Positions 35,533-43,871 of a stretch of DNA of 64,000 nucleotides are shown here, piece by piece; position 1 is the stretch's first letter, and each line of letters opens with the position of its first letter. A model generated the notes under the pieces. The model was not told where the DNA came from. It saw only the letters and a program-made list of their open reading frames with translations, and searched no databases. The stretch is from an uncultured Rhodobacterales bacterium (lineage in GTDB: Bacteria > Pseudomonadota > Alphaproteobacteria > Rhodobacterales > Rhodobacteraceae). The position numbers and the translations under genes were made by a program. The DNA is taken from contig CAZWDS010000001.1 of NCBI GenBank assembly GCA_964632495.1, forward strand, positions 21,318 through 85,317, written 5' to 3'.

Positions 35533-37386
35533 TTACTTTTGAAGGATATCTCGCATCAAAAGAGGCTCTGACAACAACTCGCCCAAGGTGAAATCAGGGT
35601 TCGTTTCGACAAAGTCGTCTGCCATCTTCAGAGGCATCAGAACCCGATAGCCTTCTGCCAAACCCGTGCTGACCAGATTTGCGTCCGGGCCATCACTTGC
35701 CCAATGGGGGACAGCGACCATCTGGTTCGGCGCCTGCAAAACGCTGCGAAAAGCGTGTAGATACACAATCGTCGGCCCGTCGTATCCTTGCGAAGTGTCC
35801 GCTAAGACATCCATCCGACGCAACTGTGAAATCCACACATCGCTTGCTGAAATAAAGATCGCAAGGCCAAGACCAACACCGGTCGTTCCCAAAGCCAACA
35901 TTCCAACTGGGCCAGTTGAAAAATGTTTTACCCCAGCGATCAGGGCCGTCAGCGCCACGGCAAACAGCACAAAGGTCGACAGGATCTGGTGAACACCCGA
36001 GATACCAGACGGCGTGAGCACAGTTTGCAGGATCCCTGCCACGATCCCGACGACAGCAGCGCCTCCTAGAACAAGACCGGGCCGACTTAGGTTTTCTGTC
36101 AAACGCCAAACTAGAACAACGCACAGCGCCGAGAGCAGTGGCAGGGTTGGCATCAGGTAACGCATATTCAAGCCAAGACCACCGTGCCAAGCGCGAATCA
36201 CAAAGGGAAATGACCAAATGACGACAAATACCAAAATGGTCTGGATGGCTCGACGATGCTTGCCCCATGAGGCGAAGATCAAAAACGACAGTAGGCCCAA
36301 CCACGGCATGCTTTGACCAAGCGCTTTCTTGGGCAGCCCCCAAAACCGCAGCGTCCCATCGGCAGCACGCTCTACACCTGCGCGCGGGTCGATGATGGTC
36401 CTTGCGTCAACGAACAGGGCGATGAAACCCGTGTAGAGGCGATGAAGAACGCGTTGGGCTTCCGGCAGAACAATGGCTGTACCAGCCAATACGATGACAA
36501 CGATGCCAGTTACTAGACGCGGGTTGATCCGAGCCTGCGAAACACGCAGTCCAATCAAACAAGTCAAAACCAATCCGGCTCCAAGTCCAACCACGAGATA
36601 GCCATTTAGCGCGACGGCCCCACCATCCTGACCATAAGAAATCGGATTTGGTGAGCCGAATTTGATCTGATTTGCGATTGCCATGATCACGAAAGCGGGT
36701 GCCAATCCCATGGCACCGCCCAAAATAATTGATACAGGTCGGACCGCCAAAGGAACGGTCAAAAGCACGATCACCGGCAAAAGCAAAACGCTATCAAGAC
36801 GAAAAAGAAGTCCAGCGCCTAGGATCAAACCCGAAATCAATGCGTATCTGAACGCTTTCTCGCCAGCTTCCAAAGCTTTGAGGAACCACAGGAAAGCTGC
36901 GCTAGTGGAAAGAACAGAAACAGCGTGCGGCCACAGGCCAAACGCATACTCGCCTATGAAAGTTCCGAAAAAGAACAGCAAAGCTGCGGCCAAGCCAATG
37001 GATTCATCCTTGAAAAGCTGGATGGTCAAGGCTCGCGTCACAAAGACCGTTGCGGCAATGCAGACCGCGTGAAAGACGAGTATGCCACGTACATCCAATA
37101 CCCCGATCAAACCCGCGCCGACAACTGCACTTCCCACAGGATACTGCGGCACCAGCCCTTCGGTTCCATAAACCAAAAGATCAATCCATCTAAGATCTCG
37201 AGATCGAAACTCCTCAAACCCATTTTCGATAAACAGGCTTTGGGAAGACAAAAGCGTATCAGCGGCCGTCACATAGATCACTTCGTCTATGATGTAGAAC
37301 CCTGTAGACGCAAAGCAGGCGCCAAGGATCAACAAGCCAGCCAAGGCTTTCAGAACCCAAGCGCCTGTTCGGTGAACATCGGTCAT
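35533..37386 (-). CDS. GT-C-fold (ArnT/PMT-like) integral-membrane glycosyltransferase
   Basis: 617 aa with more than 10 predicted TM helices. Asp-Glu motif at the end of TM1 (FYIIDEVIYV), as in GT-C enzymes. Soluble C-terminal ~90 aa. 4-nt overlap with the upstream GT2 gene. Confidence 0.7.
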   Translation of the reverse strand: MTDVHRTGAWVLKALAGLLILGACFASTGFYIIDEVIYVTAADTLLSSQSLFIENGFEEFRSRDLRWIDLLVYGTEGLVPQYPVGSAVVGAGLIGVLDVRGILVFHAVCIAATVFVTRALTIQLFKDESIGLAAALLFFFGTFIGEYAFGLWPHAVSVLSTSAAFLWFLKALEAGEKAFRYALISGLILGAGLLFRLDSVLLLPVIVLLTVPLAVRPVSIILGGAMGLAPAFVIMAIANQIKFGSPNPISYGQDGGAVALNGYLVVGLGAGLVLTCLIGLRVSQARINPRLVTGIVVIVLAGTAIVLPEAQRVLHRLYTGFIALFVDARTIIDPRAGVERAADGTLRFWGLPKKALGQSMPWLGLLSFLIFASWGKHRRAIQTILVFVVIWSFPFVIRAWHGGLGLNMRYLMPTLPLLSALCVVLVWRLTENLSRPGLVLGGAAVVGIVAGILQTVLTPSGISGVHQILSTFVLFAVALTALIAGVKHFSTGPVGMLALGTTGVGLGLAIFISASDVWISQLRRMDVLADTSQGYDGPTIVYLHAFRSVLQAPNQMVAVPHWASDGPDANLVSTGLAEGYRVLMPLKMADDFVETNPDFTLGELLSEPLLMRDILQK

Positions 37387-38339
37387 TTAGTGTCGGATGC
37401 CCTGTCCAACTCCATTTTGAGAAGTCGGCTGCGAATATCTGCCGAAAGAACCCGGTTTGCTGCGATGAGATCCGCAATTAACCCGCCCACAAAGGTGACT
37501 GTGCCTGCCGCAACAAAGGCCGAACCGATGACCAGCGACTGAATGTTGCCGCCGCCCTGACCCATCATATAGAGGACCAGGAAACGGGCAAAAGCTACGA
37601 CGCCGGGGATCATCAGGATCAAGGCAAGCAAGGCCAGAAAGCGGAACGGGCTATAAAGAACCGCCACCCGAAGTATCGTTTTTGAGGACCGCCAAACATA
37701 GCTGCCCATAGATTTGATAAGCCGGGATTCACGTGTCGGATCATTGACGTTAATTGGAACCGAGGTGATCGGGATTCCAAGGCGACCAGCCTGAATAATT
37801 GTTTCCAAGGTATAGGTATATCGATCAAACACATACAACTGGATCGCAGCGTCCCGATGAATAGCCCGAAAACCACTTGGTGCATCGCCAATTTCAGTCC
37901 CACTTGCCACGCGAACAACCCAACTGCCCAACCGTTGCAATGCCTGTTTGATTGGAGAAAAATGTTGAATGGCCGTGATCGGGCGTTCACCGACAACGAT
38001 CTGAGCGTCGCCAGCCAGAATGGGCGCTGTCAGATCGGGAATGCCGCTTGCATCGTATTGGTTGTCGCCGTCCGTATTGATGATGACATCGGCACCTGCA
38101 CGTAGTGCCGCCTCAATTCCAGCCATGAACGCAGAGGCAAGGCCTTGGTTGTGAGAGAGATCCACTATGTGATCAACACCGTGCTCCTTGGCGACTTCAA
38201 TCGTACGGTCTGTCGAGCCGTCATTGATGATTTGCCATTCAACAGCATCAAACCCCGGCACTTCGCGGGGAAGGTCGGCAAGGGTACCAGGAAGTGTTTC
38301 TTCCTCGTTGTGGCAAGGGATTTGAATTATGAGTTTCAT
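37383..38339 (-). CDS. GT2 polyprenyl-phosphate glycosyltransferase (DPM1/ArnC/GtrB-like) with two C-terminal TM helices
   Basis: IQIPCHNEEETL...INDGSTDRT...NTDGDNQYD (DxD) GT-A motifs. C-terminal TM pair (FLALLALILMIPGVVAF; VIGSAFVAAGTVTFVGGLIADLI). Confidence 0.85.
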   Translation of the reverse strand: MKLIIQIPCHNEEETLPGTLADLPREVPGFDAVEWQIINDGSTDRTIEVAKEHGVDHIVDLSHNQGLASAFMAGIEAALRAGADVIINTDGDNQYDASGIPDLTAPILAGDAQIVVGERPITAIQHFSPIKQALQRLGSWVVRVASGTEIGDAPSGFRAIHRDAAIQLYVFDRYTYTLETIIQAGRLGIPITSVPINVNDPTRESRLIKSMGSYVWRSSKTILRVAVLYSPFRFLALLALILMIPGVVAFARFLVLYMMGQGGGNIQSLVIGSAFVAAGTVTFVGGLIADLIAANRVLSADIRSRLLKMELDRASDTK

Positions 38340-38429
38340 GGCCCGGATCTTCGCTTCATTATCGAACTACTTGTCGATTGTGACGACAATTTGGCTTTCT
38401 ACGGGGAATTGATGCCAATTCCAGGACAA

Positions 38430-39359
38430 TCAGTGGTGATGTGTGACCATGTCCCAACGGGCCAGCCAAGCTTCTAAAAGCGGTTGAATGACCCGACATA
38501 CATATCCGAAGCGTGACGAAGGGCGCCGTGGACGCCGATGCTGAAACTGAAGCGTGCCCCAGAACCTGCCTTCTAACGTCAACGGCACGGTCAACTGCGC
38601 CCGCATTTCTTGCTTTGAAAGGTGCTCTAGGATTGCAGGTACCGGCTGTGGGAAGGTCAGCAAGGGCAACTCAAACCGGCCAGCGCTATCAAATCTTAAC
38701 ATGACGGCATTTTCTTCAATGTCGTGAATAACACAATGCGGCGGCAGAGCATCTTCGTGCGGAGTTATGGCGAAGTCCATTTCCATACCAAGTGTCTCGG
38801 AGACGCGGCCACGGCGCGATTCAGCGATGACAACTCCGGTGTGCTTATCTTGGTGCCGCAAGACTTGGACACGGTCATATCCTGACAGAATGCGCATTAA
38901 ACTCAGAATCCGCGAGAAAAGTATGTCGAGGCTTTCCGCGCCTTTCATCCGATCTGACACACGGCTAATGTCCCTTATAAGATCAAGCGCAGATACAGGT
39001 GCATCTGGCTCTTTCAGTTCTAGAACGGTACATTTTCCAGCGTCAAAAACCGAAATGTCCATTTCAACACCAGCAACCGTTACTGGCCCAAGAATCTCTG
39101 GTTTCTCATGAATGTTCGGCAGCGTTTGCGCGTTACGGATACTGTGCAAAAGTTCGGCGCCAACGACTTGCTCGACAGATTTTCCGAAGGTTTCATCGAC
39201 CTGCAAGGCCGGGACAAATTCGTTCAGATTTTCACTGACAAGGGCGACTTTCTCAGTCGACCTCTTAAACCCTATCAAAGCTCCAATCGGTTGAATCCCT
39301 CCAACGTCATAACTTGCCGATACTAGATCTGACATTTGGATTTCCGTGCGAGACTGCAA
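38430..39359 (-). CDS. Phytochrome-like PAS(2)-GAF chromophore-binding-module homolog with no PHY or output domain
   Basis: GGIQPIGALIGF (compare IQPHGAL), LSGYDRVQVLRHQDKHTGVVIAESRR (compare FDRVM.Y.F..D..GEVIAE), FWGTLQFQHRRP (compare LWGLIACHH). 309 aa, ending where PHY normally begins. Confidence 0.75.
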   Translation of the reverse strand: MQSRTEIQMSDLVSASYDVGGIQPIGALIGFKRSTEKVALVSENLNEFVPALQVDETFGKSVEQVVGAELLHSIRNAQTLPNIHEKPEILGPVTVAGVEMDISVFDAGKCTVLELKEPDAPVSALDLIRDISRVSDRMKGAESLDILFSRILSLMRILSGYDRVQVLRHQDKHTGVVIAESRRGRVSETLGMEMDFAITPHEDALPPHCVIHDIEENAVMLRFDSAGRFELPLLTFPQPVPAILEHLSKQEMRAQLTVPLTLEGRFWGTLQFQHRRPRRPSSRFGYVCRVIQPLLEAWLARWDMVTHHH

Positions 39360-39556
39360 TGACCCCAGCGACCATGCTGAATGTACCTTATCTGAAGCTT
39401 TTGGCTTTGCAATTTTTGCGTGCCGTCAAAAATAAAAAGCAACCAAGGCGAGAAGAGCGCGTAAGCTGATATTTTTTGTTTGCATCATTTGCCATTGGAC
39501 TTTTGCGCTTGGCCCTTTCAGCCTGCGACAAAGCAAACAGCCCAAGGGAGCCTGCC

Positions 39557-40234
39557 ATGACTTTTGCGCCCCAGCTGCAAGATGGCGACGTTAAAACAGT
39601 TATGGCGGCAATGTCTGCGCGACCAGCGACAGACACTGTCGCCAAGTTTGTGCCGGGTCCCGGCCTTGTGAAACTGGACATGCAATTTGACATCGAAAAA
39701 TTACGCGATGCTTTGGACGAATGTTTGAAACGGGAAAAGATGATGGGTGGTATGCAAGACGAAGGTTTTGCAGCATTGCCGCTGACACAAAAACCTGGAC
39801 AGACAGAATGGACCGAGAATGATCTATCAGGCCGGTACTGGCTGCGGGCCGATGATAGATACGTCGAAGAACCGCGCGAGGATCTAGTGCCCGAAGTCGC
39901 CTTTTCCGAGTTCAATCCCAAGTTCAAAGGCACATACTTTGAAGCGGTCCATACAGAACTATCAAAGCGGTTCCCCATCGGACGCACCCGCGTCTTGTCA
40001 AAGGGTCTCTATAACTGCAACTCGTGGCACCGCGATCCCGAACCTCGTCTGCACATCCCGGTCATCACAAACCCCGGATCCTTGTTTGTCGTGAACCACC
40101 ATGTCACGCATCTGCCTGCAGATGGCTCGGTCTATTTCACCGACACGCGCGCCTACCACACCGCGCTGAACGGTGGCGAAACACGTCGGGTCCATATCGT
40201 GGCGGCGCTGGCGTATGAACAGGTGACAGAATGA
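39557..40234 (+). CDS. Aspartyl/asparaginyl beta-hydroxylase-family cupin (putative 2OG/Fe(II) oxygenase)
   Basis: NSWHRDPEPRLHIPVITNPGSLFVV...GSVYFTDTRAYHTALNGGETRRVHIV matches the HxD...H facial triad spacing of that family. ATG at 39557 has an AGGGAG SD. The track ORF starts at TTG 39476. Confidence 0.65.
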   Translation: MTFAPQLQDGDVKTVMAAMSARPATDTVAKFVPGPGLVKLDMQFDIEKLRDALDECLKREKMMGGMQDEGFAALPLTQKPGQTEWTENDLSGRYWLRADDRYVEEPREDLVPEVAFSEFNPKFKGTYFEAVHTELSKRFPIGRTRVLSKGLYNCNSWHRDPEPRLHIPVITNPGSLFVVNHHVTHLPADGSVYFTDTRAYHTALNGGETRRVHIVAALAYEQVTE

Positions 40235-41283
40235 ACCACTATGCAGGAGCCGCGCGTGCCAACGGCGCGAACCGACCACGGGTCGACTTGCGCAGCGATA
40301 CGGTCACGCAACCCGACGACGGGATGCGTCGCGCGATGTATGACGCCGAAGTCGGCGATGACGTCTACGGTGACGACCCAACCGTGAACCGTCTGGAAGG
40401 AACGGTGGCCGAACGGCTGGGCAAGGACGCAGCCCTGTTTGTGCCAAGCGGAACAATGAGCAACTTGACTGCCCTTCTGTCCCATTGCGGGCGCGGCGAA
40501 GAAATGATCGTCGGGCGGCAATATCATATTGCGGCGGACGAGGCGGCGGGCAGTTCGGTGCTGGGCGGCATCGCGATCTGCACGATTCCGGTGGAAGCCG
40601 ATGGCGGCCTGTCCGCCGACACCATCACAGCCGAAGTCAAACCCGACGACAGCCACAACCCAATCAGCCGATTGGTCTGTCTGGAAAACACCCACGGCGG
40701 CAAGGTCGTGCCATTGGACCGCATGCAGGACGCTGCGGGTGCAGCGCGTGCCGCCGGGTTATCGCTTCATCTGGATGGGGCGCGGTTTTTCAATGCTGTA
40801 GCCGCGCTTGGATGTTCGCCGACGGAATTGGCTGGCACCGTCGATTCCGTGTCGATCTGCCTGTCCAAGGGCCTTGGCACGCCTGCCGGGTCGGTCCTGT
40901 CTGGCCCCAAAGATCTGATCGCCCGCGCCCGCCGATATCGCAAGATGCTGGGGGGCGGGATGCGACAGGCCGGAGTTTTGGCCGCGGCCGGGCTTTATGC
41001 GCTGGACCACAATTCAGCCCGCCTTGCCCAAGATCATGACCGTGCCGCCGCCCTTGCCAAATCCCTGAATGAGATGCAGGCGGGAGACGTCACACAAGCC
41101 ACCAATATGGTCTTCTTGACGCCCCGTGACGGCGCGAACGACACATTGCGCCACCAACTTGCCGAAGCAGGGATCCTGTTGGGCGGCGGATCAACAGGTG
41201 CGATCCGCTTGGCGCTTCACAAAGATATTGACGACGACGCATTGGACTATTTGATTGCCGCGATGCGCGCGGTCTATGAGTGA
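40231..41283 (+). CDS. ltaE: Low-specificity L-threonine aldolase (PLP-dependent)
   Basis: VDLRSDTVTQP...GDDVYGDDPTVNRLE...FVPSGTMSNL...ICLSKGLGTPAGS (PLP Lys). ATGA overlap with the upstream hydroxylase gene. Confidence 0.85.
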   Translation: MNHYAGAARANGANRPRVDLRSDTVTQPDDGMRRAMYDAEVGDDVYGDDPTVNRLEGTVAERLGKDAALFVPSGTMSNLTALLSHCGRGEEMIVGRQYHIAADEAAGSSVLGGIAICTIPVEADGGLSADTITAEVKPDDSHNPISRLVCLENTHGGKVVPLDRMQDAAGAARAAGLSLHLDGARFFNAVAALGCSPTELAGTVDSVSICLSKGLGTPAGSVLSGPKDLIARARRYRKMLGGGMRQAGVLAAAGLYALDHNSARLAQDHDRAAALAKSLNEMQAGDVTQATNMVFLTPRDGANDTLRHQLAEAGILLGGGSTGAIRLALHKDIDDDALDYLIAAMRAVYE

Positions 41284-43725
41284 CTAGCCTCGCACAAGGC
41301 TCATGTCGGGGTCATAGAGCGCCGGATCCGTGATCACTGCCGGAATGCTATCGCCCAGGACATCCACCGTTAAATCGGCCCCGTCCAAACCGGCATCCAC
41401 AAAGGCAAAGGCAAGGTTCTTGCCGACCCGATGACCAAAGCCGCCCGACGTCACGGTGCCCACAACCTTACCGCCTTGCACGACCGAAGCACCACCGGGG
41501 GCAGCGGCGTCTTTGCCGTCCACAATCAGCGCCACAAAGCGCTTGCGATCCGCCTGCTCTAGCCGTTCTTGCAAAGCGGCCTTCCCGACGAAATCCTTGT
41601 CCATCTTCACAAAGCGATCCAGGCCGGTTTCATACGGATCAAACTCGGTCAGAAGATCGGCTTTCCAATGCAGATAGCCTTTTTCAAGTCGCATGGATTC
41701 AACCGCCAAAGATCCAAACATCCGCAATCCTTCCTCCGCGCCTGCCTCGCGCAAGGCAAGATAAGCGGTATAGAGAGAGGCATTCGGCACATGGATCTCA
41801 TAAGCCAACTCGCCCGAGAAACTGACAGCCATGACCGTGGCAGGCGCGATCCCGATGTAACACTCACGCACCGACAGCCACGGAAAACCCACCTTAGACC
41901 AATCCGCCCGACTGACCTTTTGCATCACCGCGCGGGCCTTGGGACCAGCCAGCACAAGGATCGTTTGATCGTTGGTCAGCGAGCGAACCTGCACATCCTC
42001 ATCCGCTCGGATGTTCTGTTGCAACCAATCCATGTCATGGAATTCAGAGGCAGCAGCCGAACCGTACCAAATCCGCTCCGGTCCCCGGTCCGAGGCAGGC
42101 AGGTTGGCAATCGTCGCTTCGGTCTTCACGCAGCCCTGATTGTTCAAGAGGTAGACCAGACCAACCCGCCCCGATTTCTTGGGAACCCGGCCACAGATCA
42201 TCCGGTCAAGGAAACTATGAGCATCATCGCCTGCGATCTCGAAACGGTTGAACCCATTGACCTCACACAGGCCAACAGCGTTTTGCACCGCGTCGATCTC
42301 CTTTGCCACAACCGGAAAGCTTTCATCGAAACGGAACGACGGCGTCACGTGAAAATCTGCCGTCGGCTTGAAGAACTCTGCACGCTCCCACCCATTCACA
42401 ACGGCAAAGTCCGCGCCTTCCGCAGCCAAGACTGGCGTCAAAGGCGTGGTCTTAGCATTGCGTCCGGCGGGGCGATGTTCGTTTGGGAAATGGAATCGAA
42501 ACTCGTTCTGATAATCCTCGATCGCTTTCAACGCGGTTAGTTCAACGGTCGCGTGCCCGGTAAAGCGACGGGGATCAATCACCCAAGTGTCGTAAATGGC
42601 CTCGCCATGCACGATCTGCTGCGCCAGCAACCAACCATGGCCACCGCCCTCGCCCAAACCGGCGCGCAAACCGATAATGCAGAACGCATTCCGCTTGCCC
42701 GGGATCGGACCGACCAAAGGCGCACCGTCAATCGTATAGGTGATTGGCCCGTTCACGATCCGTTTGATGCCGGCTTCCATCAAGGCCGGCATCCGTTCAA
42801 ACGCGCCTTCCAGAACATCCATCACACGGTCCAGATCGTCGGGGCAAAGATCGTTGCTGAACCCCGGGTTGATCCCATCCATGCCCCACGTCTGACAACC
42901 CTGTTCGTAGAACCCAACCAAAAGGCCGTTCTTTTCCTGACGCGAGTAATAGTCACTGATCGGACAACGCAGCAAAGGCATCCGGTGCCCGGCTTCGACA
43001 ATCGCCGGGATGTCCTCGGTGACAAAATACTGATGCTCCATCGAGGCGACGGGATGCGACACACCCATCATCGCGCCCACTTCGTTCACCCGATAGCCGC
43101 AAGCGTTGACCACCACCTCGCAGGCAATGTCGCCCTTGTCGGTGTGCACGATCCAACTGTCGTCCTTCAGCTGCGTCAGCCCCGTGACCGACGTATTCCG
43201 ATAAACCTCGGCCCCTGCTTTACGCGCATGGAACGCCAAGGCCTGACAGAGCTGCGCGGGATCAATGTCACCATCTTCGCCGTCCCAAAGCCCACCCAAA
43301 AGGTTGTCGGTCGAAATCAACGGATGCCGCCGCGCACATTCCTCGGCGTCGATCACCTCAAACTCAACACCCATCCCGCGCGCCATCGAAACGAAATGCC
43401 GATAGCCGTCCATTTGCGCTTCGGTATTGGCCAGACGGATGCCGCCATCGCCGTGGTGATAGCCCACGGGATACTCCGGATCGTCGCGCAGCTTTTTATA
43501 CAATGCAATCGAATGTGACTTCAGACCAACCATCGTCTGGGTCATGCCAAAGTTTGTGACCTGCGCAGCCGAATGCCATGTGGTGCCCGACGTCAACTCG
43601 TCCCGCTCAACAAGAACAACGTCAGTCCAACCTTCTTCGGTCAGGTGATAAAGGGTCGAACACCCTGCAATACCGCCGCCAATGACGACCGCGCGTGTCT
43701 GAGTTTTCATCGTTGGAACCTTCAA
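41284..43725 (-). CDS. Dimethylglycine/sarcosine dehydrogenase-like FAD oxidoreductase fused to a GcvT aminomethyltransferase domain
   Basis: 813 aa. N-terminal GxGxxG (AVVIGGGIAGCS) DAO domain. C-terminal GcvT-type folate-binding region (SFSGELAYEIH...LEKGYLHW). Confidence 0.85.
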   Translation of the reverse strand: MKVPTMKTQTRAVVIGGGIAGCSTLYHLTEEGWTDVVLVERDELTSGTTWHSAAQVTNFGMTQTMVGLKSHSIALYKKLRDDPEYPVGYHHGDGGIRLANTEAQMDGYRHFVSMARGMGVEFEVIDAEECARRHPLISTDNLLGGLWDGEDGDIDPAQLCQALAFHARKAGAEVYRNTSVTGLTQLKDDSWIVHTDKGDIACEVVVNACGYRVNEVGAMMGVSHPVASMEHQYFVTEDIPAIVEAGHRMPLLRCPISDYYSRQEKNGLLVGFYEQGCQTWGMDGINPGFSNDLCPDDLDRVMDVLEGAFERMPALMEAGIKRIVNGPITYTIDGAPLVGPIPGKRNAFCIIGLRAGLGEGGGHGWLLAQQIVHGEAIYDTWVIDPRRFTGHATVELTALKAIEDYQNEFRFHFPNEHRPAGRNAKTTPLTPVLAAEGADFAVVNGWERAEFFKPTADFHVTPSFRFDESFPVVAKEIDAVQNAVGLCEVNGFNRFEIAGDDAHSFLDRMICGRVPKKSGRVGLVYLLNNQGCVKTEATIANLPASDRGPERIWYGSAAASEFHDMDWLQQNIRADEDVQVRSLTNDQTILVLAGPKARAVMQKVSRADWSKVGFPWLSVRECYIGIAPATVMAVSFSGELAYEIHVPNASLYTAYLALREAGAEEGLRMFGSLAVESMRLEKGYLHWKADLLTEFDPYETGLDRFVKMDKDFVGKAALQERLEQADRKRFVALIVDGKDAAAPGGASVVQGGKVVGTVTSGGFGHRVGKNLAFAFVDAGLDGADLTVDVLGDSIPAVITDPALYDPDMSLVRG

Positions 43726-43871
43726 TAAACCTTGGCCAAATTGTCCCCAAATTCAGGCAAAGGCAATCCCGCAGACCGCCTGCGACGTTCAATCCCGAGT
43801 CTTTCCATTGGACAATGGGCCAACGACTGTTAGCAAGGGCCGGTTAACACCAATGGGTCCTCGAAAACCGC

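Noticed and set aside
39476-39556. N-terminal extension of the hydroxylase ORF that creates a lipoprotein-like signal (LALSAC lipobox)
   Set aside because: The extension starts at a TTG with no SD in a T-rich tract. The internal ATG at 39557 has a strong AGGGAG SD, and the family is cytoplasmic. The lipobox resemblance is probably fortuitous, although N-terminal proteomics would settle it.
39388-39987. 199-aa minus-strand ORF overlapping the hydroxylase gene and the divergent spacer
   Set aside because: It is a Ser/Arg-rich shadow frame. It would also run through the AT-rich promoter region. It has no motif support.
41569-43518. Two long plus-strand ORFs (323 and 321 aa)
   Set aside because: Both are antisense shadow frames of the 813-aa DMGDH-like gene. 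Their products are Arg/His/Pro-rich and carry no family motifs.
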